NCBI GenBank assembly: GCA_043228905.1
Contig: JBHGNT010000005.1
Coordinates: forward strand, 2,108,001 to 2,172,000
Length of the DNA stretch: 64,000 nt
Reading direction: 5' to 3'
DNA from: Azolla caroliniana
Lineage: Eukaryota > Plantae > Polypodiophyta
In this document: piece by piece, positions 47,715-59,761 of the stretch
Numbering within the stretch: the first letter of the stretch is position 1
Layout: the number at the start of each line of letters is the position of its first letter
Translations under genes and position numbers: made by a program
Notes under the pieces: model-generated
Database searches by the model: none
Seen by the model: the letters and a program-made list of their open reading frames with translations, nothing else
Told to the model about the DNA's origin: nothing

Positions 47715-50700
47715 GCGTTGGATCGGGAGAAAGTGGGTCTCCTGTTGGAGACGGATGAAGGGCTCACGACAGACTAGGCCATGGTAAAACATGTACGTAG
47801 TCGTTTCAACAAACGACGTGAATGGAGCGGTGAGGAATCGCCAGCAGCATCGCCGGCGGGTATCCGGGGCAGGGGCAATGAGGGCCGGAAGGTGAAAGAC
47901 TCCAAATTCTGGCCGCCAGTGCTAGAACGCCTCTCCGGGGTGCGGCTGAGGAAAGAGGAAGTGGACCGCGTGGAGCAGCGGATTCGGGAGGTCACTAGAT
48001 GGGACGATCCGGTTGAAGAAAAGACCGGCTTCGTGGAAGCTGCATGCCAGAACTACGAGGTTCTAGTAGAAGACAAGCTCCAACGAAAGGCTGGAGGGGA
48101 TGGTCCCTCACAATGGTACGAGACCCGGTTCGGACCAAAGACGAACGATGCCGACAACACCGACGCACCGGATAGAAAAAAGCAGGCCGATTTCCGGCTG
48201 AGCACCGAAATCGAGCGAACGACGGACCTACGAAAGGTCCTTGAGGAATGGATCCTTGACAACAAAGTGGAGTTGTCATTGTGGGAGGTACTCGGGATTT
48301 CCAAGAAGGAGTTCCATGACTCCATTGTAGACTTGGTAAAGCGTAACTGGCTCTCGCCGAAGCCGTAGCCGGAGCCGGAGCCGGAGAAGCCCATGGAAGT
48401 GCGGACGACACGCCTAGAAGATACGACCCTAGAGGATGAGTTGGCGGATAGCCACTATTCGAAGTTGCATTGCGCGAGAGCCACTACGGAGACCCTTGTT
48501 CGTATCGGGGACGTTTCGGAGCCGGTGGTGGCATTGATAGACCATGGATTTGAAATCAACCTGATGTCCATGGTTTTCTACAAGAAAGGGAAATGGCCGA
48601 TCAACACCAAGCACAGGTGGAAGATATGCGCGGTGACGCGTGCTATGGAGGAGCTGCACGGTGCGTGCCCAACTGTGCACGTAAAGATCGGCGACGTCGA
48701 GATGGATCAACACTTCTTTGTGTAGGAGACATCCTCGCACCCGGTGATACTCTTCGAACCGTACATTACGACAACACACATGGAAACAAAGGTGCTTGAC
48801 AACGGTTCGGCATACGCGCGCGTGAAGAGACATGACGGGCAGCACTCCGTTCAATTTCTGACGGTGAGGCCGAATCATGAGCGTAACCGCGAGACCCATC
48901 AGGATCGGATGAAAGGGGTCGCGTCTAACCCAAGTTTGCGAAATCTGGTCGGCATAGGACACTGGTTCACCAACATAACGCTACAGGAGCTCAAGGTTGG
49001 TGGGGGCGGCTTTCTACTGCGAGCGGAGGACCGGTTTCGAAGGATGCTCGGAAAGCACGGGAAGGCCTTCACATTCTCACCGGAGGAGATCGGGTGTGTA
49101 GACCCAACGATCGTAGAACCGATGGTGATATTCACGGTGCCGCATGTGTCGTGGAATCTCAAACCGATTCCAGTACCCAGAGCCCACGTCCCGAAGTTGA
49201 TGGAGCTGCTAAAACAGAAGGTAGAAATGGGAATCCTCGAGCCGTCGAGTGCCCCGTATTCGAATCGGTGGTTCACCGTGCCGAAAAAGAAGGACACGCT
49301 ACGTTTCATACAGGACCTACAGCCGGTCAACAAGGTGACCATTCGAAACGCAGGTATCGAACCAACAAACGACGAGTTTGCGGAGGCCTTCTCCGGAAGG
49401 TCAATCTATTCGGTCAGTGACCTATATTCGGGGTATGACCAGTTCCAACTAGCCGTCGAGAGCAGGGATATCACGACGATGCAGACTCCTCTCGGCTTGG
49501 TGCGGATGTGTACCCTACCGCAAGGAGGAACCAATTTGGTGGCGCACATGGTGAATGCGATGAACAAGGTACTAAGGGACTGCATCCCGGACATCACCAT
49601 GCCATTGTTTGACGACATCCTGATCAAGGGATGTCTGGTAGGGAATACGGACAAATCGGTCGGGCCGGACGGATGCCGGAAATTCGTCACGGACCACATC
49701 AACGAATGCGAGAAGGTGTTACAGAGACTTGAGAACGCGTGACTCACCTTCTCCAGAGAGAAGTCAGCTTTCGAGTAGTTGGAGATCCTGGTAGTCGAAC
49801 ACTTGTGCGGGCCTTACGACCGGAAACCGTCTCCGGCAAAGGTGGAGGTCATCTCCGCGATGAAGGACGATTGCGGGATGGTTACAGAGGTCCGAAGGTT
49901 CTTGGGGGTGTGTGCGTTCTATCACATCTGGATTCCGCACTATGCACACGTCACGGATCCACTCTATGGGCTGTTGAGAAAGGGGCGTAAATTTGAATTG
50001 GGCAAGGAACATACGGAGACTGAAGGAGGCGCTTACTGCGGCACCGTCTCTCCGAAAAGCGGTTTACGACAAGGAGGTCCAAATCTACGTAATCGTAGAT
50101 ATGAGCTTGACTAGGATAGGGTGGGTGATCAATAAGGAGGACGAGAGCGGAACTTGGTTCCCAATCCGGTTCGGGGCGAAGGTTCTCAGTGAGCGACAAC
50201 GAGGATACGCCCAAGTTAAGCGCGAACTGCGGGGGATCATTTTCGATCAAGGCCGATAAAGACTACTTGATCGGGACAAAAGTAATCATCGACACAGACT
50301 GCCTGCCAATCCTCGGTATGGTTTCCGGATGCGCGACTCTAGAACAATGCTCAGGTGGATGGCATACATTAAGTCCCTGGATCCAGAGATATGACACATC
50401 TCCGGAAAGGACAACGCCATGGTTCGACGACGAGAACGGCTGACGTAGTGACAAGGGCAGGGAGCACTCCGGCATTAGTGAATTCAATGGGGAGTGGCTC
50501 CAGATTGGAAGGTTCCTAAGGACAATGACGTCGGACGCGGCATGGACTAGAGAAGAGGATCCGGAAGAAAGCATACCGATTCTTCCTACGAGATGGCAGT
50601 ATATGGAAGCTCCCAAAGAAGCGAGGTGGCGTTCTGCTCCACGTAGTGGCGAGAAAGGATGAGCGAGACAAGTTGTTGACGGCATACCACGAGAGCCCTT

Positions 50701-52491
50701 GGGCCAGGCATCGGGGAACATGGGCCACGTTCGAAAAGCTGAAGGAGAAGTACTGGTGGTCGGGACTATATCGGGACGTGCATCAGTTCGTAACGATCTG
50801 CGACAGTTGTTAGGTGCATTCCATAGCCCGACATCAGGACGAGCTGCACCTGACTTACCCGCCAATCATCCACTTCAAGTGGATGGTGGATTTGGTGACG
50901 ATGCCGATGGGGGTAGGGCAAATGCGGTACCTGGTGTTGGCACGAGAGGATCTGATGAACCAGGTGGAGGGCTGAGCATTACCAAACAAAACAATCGCGG
51001 TCGTGTGCCGGTTCCTAATCGAGGAGGTGGTATGTTGGTATGGGTGCGTAGGGAAGATCGTAGCGGACCGAGGGGAGTTGAACGCGCAAGAAGTTGAGGA
51101 GTTGTTTGATCGGCTAGGGGTCAAGCTCTCTCTCACCACCACATACAATCAGGAGGCCAACGGGAAGGTAGAACGCGGGTAGAGGCAATCGTGAAGGTGC
51201 TGGTACACACATGCGACGGACAGGTCGGGAATTGGTCGCGGCTCCTTCCTTGTGCGTTGTGGGTGGACTGGACTACGCACAGTTCGGTAACAGGATTCAT
51301 GCCAGCAGAGCTGATGTACGGGTAGAAGCCTATCATGTCAGTGGACCAGACAATTTCCTCTTGGGTGGTGATAGATTGGAAAGACGAGATGAGCCGGGAG
51401 GAGCTCTTGGCGGCGCGGATTCGACAACTCGAGCAGAGACCGGAGGACGTGGAGCGTGCAAAGGCGAAGCTACATATGGTGAGGGAGAGGAAAAAAGGCC
51501 GGTTCGACCGGATGCACCGGCATCAGCCCAAGAAGATCTAAGAAGGCGATTGGGTGCTGGTGTACGACAACAACCTCGACAACCAGCACAAGGCGACGTG
51601 CAAATTCGCGAGAAGGTGGTTTGGGCCCTATGTCGTAACGAGCGCGAACGACAATGGCACGTACCATCTTGCGGAGCTCAACGGGGCGCAGTTTATAATA
51701 TCGGTAGCTAGGAAGCGGATCAAGGCGTTCAAGAAGCGGTACGAGGGCGAGCCGGACCCGGGGAGAGAGGACGACGATGATGACCGGTTTAGAGAGGGTG
51801 GCGAACCGGAGAATGGAAGATGATCGTGGGCCTGTCTTCTCCGGAAGAAGTCTATTCTAGCACATATCAGTGCATGCATGGTTTGGTGGGGGTGGATGTC
51901 GTGAAGAAAACCCGCCCTTGCACGAGTGTGCGCAAATTGATACATTGTACATGACTAGGAATAGGACGGGTGATGTAAATATACTAGGTATGACATATTT
52001 ATTAGCTAGGAAATCGACGCGTATCTCTGTCCGAAGGGACAGAGAATAAAGTTAATATGTTTTGATGTAACAACCTACTCGGCGACCTATAAAAAAGGAG
52101 GGGAGAAGAAGAAGAGGATATCACGTTTTGGGGAAAAGGGGGAGGTGCTGTCGGATTGGGAACTGAGCTCTCTCTTCCTCTACCATCATCCTCTACAGGG
52201 TTGCCATCGTTGTAATTGCTACGATCATTGTAATAGAATCTCTTGTTTCTGTGTCATCTGCGTTATTTGTGTTTCTGGGAGTGTCTTCTTTCATCTCTCT
52301 CGAGTGCGCCCTTTGATTGAGTCAGTATACACGTTGGTGGTCCAATAAGCCGGTAAGCGTCGCCGGTTGTTGATAATTCTAGCAGCCCTCACATTGTTGC
52401 ACTCCTCACTTCCTCTTGTCTCTCTTGCTCCTTGGTTCATGGCCCTCGCGGTCCCGCCTTATTTCACACACGTACACGTAATAGCGCGACA
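47715..52491 (+). mobile_element. Element H: decayed A-related copy, 5' part missing; 3' LTR 51897-52491
   Basis: Collinear gag-PR-RT-RH-IN fragments with many stops and deletions. PPT ggtgggggtgga precedes TGTCGTGAAG...GCGCGACA. Confidence 0.88.
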
Positions 52492-53395
52492 CCGGGCTAG
52501 AGACTTCGACGGTCAGCATCGGATCCAATGTAAGACCAAGATATTGACGGTGGCGGCAGGAGAACGGAACCCGGAAATGCGAAGTGATAGACGGACCCAG
52601 ACAAGAATTGGGCGAAGCGGACTTCCGGATAACCGATCTGGAAGGGAGGAAGAAGCACTGCTACGGGAAGGCCGGAACACGGAACATCAGTACTACGGGA
52701 GAGGGTGTGGAGAGGGCCACCCTCTCGACATGCGGAGAAAGATGACCCAAGAAGAGGGTCGGGAAGACGAGTAACCCAAGGAGGATCCTTCACACCGGAT
52801 CTAGAGACTTCGGCAGTCGGCAGCAGAGCCGGCATAAGACCAAGAGACTAACAGTGGCGGCGAGGAGACGAGGGCAAAGGCAATGGAAGACCGGTGCTAT
52901 GGGATCCTCACACCAATCCAAACACACTGGCAGTTCAAACCGACGTGGCAACGTGAGCCTGAGTGTGAAGGATGGTGGCGGTAGGAAACGGGAACCGGCT
53001 ACGGCGATAGTGCGGATGGGCGATCCTACGGCAATCCTCACACCGATCCGGAGACACTGACAGTTCAAGTCGACGTGGCAACGTGAGACCGAGTGAGAAG
53101 GATGGTGGTGGCAGGTGAACGGGATCAAGGAAAAGGGACGACAATCGGCCCCTAACCGAAATCGGATCGGAAGACAACACGGAAGAAAGAAAGACCGGTC
53201 CCATGGGATCCTCACACCAATCCGGAGACACCGGCAGTTCAAGTCAACGTGGCAAGGTGAGACTGAGTGAGAAGGATGGTGGCGGCAGGAAACGGGAACC
53301 GGTGATGCGGGAAGAGCGGACCGGGAGCCGACAAGGCCGGAGTTGACGAGGGTCGAACCCTTACTAGTCGATTCCCTCCCTACTGAATGCATGCT
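52492..53395 (+). repeat. Degenerate ~130-170-bp repeats, probably a continuation of the internal region of E
   Basis: atcctcacacc..gacactggcagttcaagtcgacgtggcaacgtgag..gaaggatggtggc occurs at ~52901, 53031 and 53204, with a related unit in E at 38941-39020. Confidence 0.6.
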
Positions 53396-56300
53396 ACTTA
53401 GGATTTCGCCTCAGGTGACTTGTACCTACCTACGGACTATACAACAAAACTTGTGCCCACGTGTAAGGTCCGATTTACGCACGTTATACTCGGTTTCCGC
53501 CTAGGGACGGTTTTCTCCACGACATCCGCCCCCATCTAACTGCGCATCCACTGGTATGCGCCAAAATGAGACTCCTGCCTAAGAAGACTGGCCCACACTT
53601 ATCCTTCGTCTTTTGGATCGGCATTCGTCTCGAGCCGGTCGTTGTCGCTATCCAGGTCGCCCGGGTCCAGTTCAGCCTCGTGCCGCTTTTTGAAGGCTTT
53701 GATCCTTTTCCCCGCCACCGGTACCACCATCCTTGTCCCGTCGAGCTCTGCGAGATGGTAGGTCCCATTGTTGTTGGCGCTCGTCACCGCATAAGGCCCA
53801 AACCACCTTCTTGCAAACCTCTGCGTTGCCCAATGCTGGTTGTCGAGGCTACTGTTATACAATAGAACCCAATCGCCTTCCTCGATCTTTTCCAGCCTCA
53901 GTCGGTGAGTCCGGTCGAACCATCCTTTGTTCTTTACCCTCGCCACCCATAGCTTTTGCGCGGCTTGTTCCACGTCCTCCGGTCTTCGTTCCAACTGCTG
54001 AATCCGCGCCACTAACAACTCCTCCTGGCTCATCTCGTTGTTCCAACCCACCGTGGCCCACGAGGAGATTGTCTGCTCCGTTGGCATGATTGGCTTCTGT
54101 CCGTACATTAGCTCTGCCGACATGAACCCGGTTACCAAACTGTGCGTGGTTCAGTCCGCCCACAACGCATAGGGTAGGAGCCGCGGCCAGTTCCCGACTT
54201 GGCCTCCACACGCCCGTACTAACGTTTTGACGACCGGCCTATGTCTGCGCTCCACCTTCCCGTTGGCCTCCGCATTGTACGCCGTGGTGAGTGAGAGTTT
54301 AATTCCTAGCCATCCAAACAGCTCTTCCGCCTCTTGCGTGTCCAAATCCCCGCGGTCGGCCACGATCTTCCCTACGCACCCGTACTGACATACCACTTCT
54401 TCGATAAGAAATCGGCACACGGCCGCGGTCGTTTTGCTCTGCAACGCTCAACCTTCCACCTGGTTCGTCAGGTCCTCTCGAGCCAGCACCAGATATCGCA
54501 TTTGCCCTACCCCCATCGGCACCGTCACCAGATCCACCATCCATTTGAAGTGGACGGTCGGAGGGTAGGTCGGGTGGAGGTCGTCCTGATGTCGGACTAT
54601 GGAGTGCACCTGACAGCTTTCGCAAGTTGTCATGAACCGATGCATGTCCCGGTATAGTCCCGGCCACCAGTACTTCCTCTTCAGCTTCTTGAATGTGGCC
54701 CACGTCCCGCGGTGTCCGGCCCAGGGACTCTCGTGGTACGCCGTCAACAATTCTTCCTATTCCTCTTTCTTCGCCACCGCTCGGAGCGGGATGCCGTCTC
54801 TCTTCTTCGGGTGCTTCCATATGCTCCTGTCCCGTAGAAAGAATCGGTATGCTTTCTTCCGAATCCGGTTGGCCTCTTCCTTCGTCCATGCCACGTCCGG
54901 TGTCATTGCCTTCAGGAATCCGTCGATCTGGAGCCACTCCCCATCGTACTTGCTCTCGTTGAATTCGTTAAGCGCCGGAGTACTCCCCTTTCTTGTTGTT
55001 ACATTGGCTGACCTGAAGAAATCCTCCCCGACTTCCTCGTTATCCGAAACCATGTTGTCCTCATCACTGAATCACGCCCTTGAAAGCATATCGACCATGG
55101 CGTTATCTTTCCTGGAGATGTGTCGTATCTCCGGGTTCAGGGATTTGATGTACGCGATCCACCTGAACATTGCCAGGTCTGCAGTCGCGCATCCGGAGAC
55201 CATACCTAGAATCGGTAGGCAGTCTGTCTCGATGATCACTTCCGTCCCGATCAGATAGTCCTTGTCGGCCTTGATTGCTGAAACGATACCCCACAGCTCG
55301 CGCTTAACTTGGGCGTATCCTCGCTGCCACTCGCTCAATACCTTCGCCCCGAACCGGATTGGGAACCGTACGTTGTCCTTGTCCTCCTGACAGATCACCC
55401 ACCCGATCCCGGTCGGGCTCGTGTCCACCATCACATAGATGGGGACTTCCTTGCCGTAAACCGCTTTCCGGAGAGCCGGTGCCACAGCAAGCGCCTCCTT
55501 CAGCCTCCGGACCGACTCCGTGTGCTCCTTTCTCCACTCGAACCAACGCCCTATCTTCAATAGCCCGTAGAGCGGTTCCGCGACATGTGCTTAGTGCGGA
55601 ATCCAGATGTGGTAGAACGCGCACGCCCCCAAGAATCTACAGACCTCGGTAACTGACCCACAGTCGTCCTTCATCGCGAAGATGGCTTCTACCTTCGCCA
55701 AGGACGGTTTCCAGGCATAGGGCCCGCACATGTGTCCGACTACCAGGATCTCCGACTGTCCGAAGGCTGATTTTTCTCCGAAGAAGGTGAGTCGCGCGCT
55801 CTTGAGTCTTTGTAGCACCTTCTCGCAGTGACGGATGTGATCCGTCACGAACCTCCGACAACTGTCGGGCCCGACAGACTCATCCTTGTCCTCCACCAGA
55901 CATCCTTTGATCAGTACATCATCCAGAAACGGCATGGTGATGTTCGGGATGCAGTCCCTCAACACCTTGTTCATCACATTCACCATGTGCGTTACCGAGT
56001 TCGTTCCTCCTTGCGGTAGGGTACACATCCAAACTAGGCCGAGAGGAGTCTGCATTGTCGTGACATCCCTGCTCTCTACGGCTAGTTGGAACTTATCGTA
56101 CCCTGAGTACAAATCCCCGACCGAGTAGATTGACCTCCCTGCGAAGGCCTCCGCAAACTCATCGATGGTCGGTCCAATACCTGCGTTTCGAATGGTCACC
56201 TTGTTGACCAGCTGCAGGTCTTGTATGAAGCGCAGTGTGCCGTTCTTCTTTGGCACGGTAAACCGCCGATTCGAATATGGGGCACCCGACGGTTCGAGGA

Positions 56301-59300
56301 TGCCCATCTTCACCTTCTGTTTTAGCAGCTCCATCAGCTTCGGGATGTGAGCTCTGGGTACCGGAACCGGCTTGAGAATCCACGGCACATGCAGTACAGT
56401 GAAGATCACCATTGGTTCCACAACCTTCGGGTCTACGCACCCGATCTCCTCCGGTGAGAATGCAAAAGCCTTCCCGTGCCTCCCGAGCATTCTTTGAAAC
56501 CGGTCCTCTTCCGCCGGCAATAGGAAACCACCCCCACCGATCTTGAGCCCCCGTAGCATTATGTCGGTGAACGTGTATCCTATGCTGGCTGGATCTCGTA
56601 GAGTTGGGTCCGACGCGACCCCCTTTATCCGTAACTCGCTGCCCTCCGAAAAGGGTGCCGCGACTGGCCTCACCTTCCAGTCCACAGTCTTGTACTTCAT
56701 ATCCACTCGGACCGTCCAATCCGACTCGAGTCCACTACCGAAGTCAACGATGACTTCGTACATCTTTTCCGAACATACCGGAATCGTCCGGTCCGCATTA
56801 AGGCCTTCTCCAAACACCTCCTGTAACTTCCCCAAGGTGTCGTCGAAAGAGACCACCTCCACGGCTCCGCCGATTTCCTCTTTAGGCCCGAGGACTCCGC
56901 ATGCTCGGAGTCGCTCCTCCGCCCGTTTCTTTTCCTGGCCAACTACACCGGCTACCATACAACCACTGCTATCAGAAAACCAAAATTTCCTACCTATGGT
57001 ACAGGTCTTTTCGCCTATAGTACATCTGTGGGGTTTTTCTGGGGTGTCTGAACTATCGTGGCTCCACGCCTTGATAGCCCTCTCTAAAAATCCCCTCGGT
57101 TTTCGGCACCGAGGGTCTCGCGGTTACAGTCATGGTTTGGTCGCACTGTCAGGAACTGGACCGAGTGACGCCCATCCTGGCTCTTGACTCGTGCATATGC
57201 CGAACCGTTATCCAGCACCTTTGTCTCCATGCGCGCCGCCGTGATGTACGGTTCTCCGAGTATCACCGGATGCGAGGACGTCTCCTGCACAAAGAAGTGT
57301 TGGTCGATCGCGACGTCGCCGATTTGCACTCGTACATTCGGGCAGGCTCTGTGTAGCTCTTTTGTGGCACGCGCTGCTGCCCGTATCTTCCACCCGTGCT
57401 TGGTGTTGATCGGCCACTTTCCCTTCTTGTAGAAGTCCATGGACATCAGGTTGATCTCTCCGAACCGTGGTCTACCAACGCTACCACCGGCTCCTGAACG
57501 TCCCCGATCCAAACAGGGGTTTCCGTAGTGGCCCTAGCCCAATGTAGCCTCGAGTAGTGGCTTTCCGCCAAATCGTCCTCCAGGGCCATGTCTTCTAGGT
57601 GCGTCGTTCGCACCTCCACTGGCTTCTCCGGCTCCGGCTTCGTTGAGAGCCTTTTCCGCTTCACCAAGTCTACAATGGAGTCGTGGAACTCCTTAGCGAT
57701 ACCGAGCACTTCCCTCAACGACAGCTCCACTTTGTTGTCCAGGATTCGTTCCTCCAAGACCTTTCGTAGGTCCCTGGTCCTTTCGATCTTCGTGCTCAAC
57801 CGATAACCGGCCTTCCTGCCCTTGTCTAGTGTGCCGGATGCACCCACATCACTCTGCTTCAGCCCGAACCGGGTCTCATACCATTGCGAGGGTCCGGCCC
57901 CCCCAGTCTTTCCCGCTCGCTTGTCTTTCACCAGAACCTCGTAGTTATGGCACGTGGCTTCCACGAAGCCCGTCTTCTCTTCAACCGCGTCACCCCACTC
58001 GGTTACCTCCCGGACCCGTCTTTCCGCGCAGTCCGCTTCCGCTTTCCTCAGCCGTACGCCGACGAGGCCTTCCAACACCAACGGCCAAAATCCGGCTTCC
58101 TTCATCTTCCGGTCTTCATCGCTTCCAACCCGGATTCCAGCCGACGTCGAGTAGTGGACGATCTCCGCGTGGCGAGCCGCTGCTTCTTCCATCAGCCGTT
58201 TCATACCCCCTTGTTTGACATTCAGATCCAAGGCCCTCCGGGTCTCGCTAGCGTGCACCCGACCGTTCCATAGGTACACCACCTTAGCTCTTATCGCTTT
58301 GGCGAAGTCCCCGCAGTCCTTTCGGGCGTGGCTGACCGCGTCACACCACAAGCACTGGTTCCCAGCCGGAGGCCTTCGGTCACGGACTTGTTCGCCACCG
58401 TCCCTCCGTGCTTGCACGATCTTGAGGTCCCTCACTATCTGAGTCAGCTCCTCCAAAGCCACTCCTCCAGACGAGCCTTTGACCATGCCGGTCGAAGTCG
58501 AGCTGATCTCGAGCCCGTCTTGGGTCTCTTCCCTTCGCGCCAGTGGGGGTACCTCGACCTTCCTTGTCACAACATAACCCGCCCCCGTCGAGCCTTTATC
58601 GACCCACTCACGTTGTTTATGAAAGCGGCCACAAACTCTCTTTACCATGGCCCAGTCGGTTGTTAGGCTGTCATTGGTCTCCAGCAGGAAGCCCACTTGC
58701 TCCCGGTCCCTTGCGTCCACCGATTTAACGAACAATAGGACACGACTCGTGTCCAGCACGGTCCGGTCCAACGCCAAAGGTCTTGCAAAGAGTTCTTCAA
58801 ACTCCCGAAGGAGCACCGACGCGTTTCTCCCCTTTTCAGGGTTCTCCACCCATTCCATGAAGTCCCGCTTCGACAGCCGGAGCACGTCATCAAGCCCATA
58901 TTTTTCAAGGAGCCGACCTTTAAACTCTTCCCAAGTCCGACTCTCAGATCGTACCTCGAGCACCTTCGTGTGGATGCCCGGCATCGCCACCCGAGCGAAT
59001 CCGGCCAGTCGCCTATCCTCCGGGATGTCCCTCATCACCATTTCGGCTCAATAGGCCTCCAAATAGCTCGTGGCGTCCTTCCCACCGAACCGGCCTATCA
59101 TGCCCACGGCCGCTTCAATAGCCCTATCGAGCGCGCCTGTGTCTTCGCGCGCACTCACTATCCGATCCACAGCCGAAGCCATGGCTTCTGCAAGATCCGA
59201 CCCTCTCATCTTTCTATTCTTCTGCCGCCTGTTCCCGTCGGGTTCACCAAATATGTCGCATTGTTACGCGCGTGCATGGAGAACGAGGCGGGACCACCGG

Positions 59301-59761
59301 GGCCTTGGACCGATAAATAACCAAATGAAGGGAGGGGAAGGACTCTTACGATGTAATTCACACGCGCACAGACCCACAGAATCACAGGAATTGCAATTAG
59401 CTACAGAACGCCAGATGGAGATAGAACGAATGTTTATGTATGTATATATATATATGAATGAAGGTGTTACAACCGGCAAGCCGACGAGTGATGGGCATCG
59501 ACGCCTACGCACACACACACACACACAAAACAAGAGATGGAGACTCTGCCGGTAGCACTCAGGCGTCCCGCGGAGCAGAGTCAGCCTCCCAAAACCTACA
59601 CAGAACGATGAAAGGGGCGACGGAGGAGAGGAGAGGAGAAAGGCTTGGTCCCTGTCCAGCAGCACTTCGTCCTCTACTAGAACGCGATACAATTCCCATA
59701 CCTCTCCCTCTCTTTTATAGCCAAAGGAGAGAGGCCGTTACCATCCGTCATATCATGTTTA
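53395..59761 (-). mobile_element. Element I: decayed A-related copy; 5' LTR from 59254 cut by J at 59762, 3' LTR from 53524 truncated
   Basis: PBS at 59232-59249, gag-PR at 57084-59210, frameshift site at 57084-57093, and pol fragments at 53599-56958. Confidence 0.88.
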
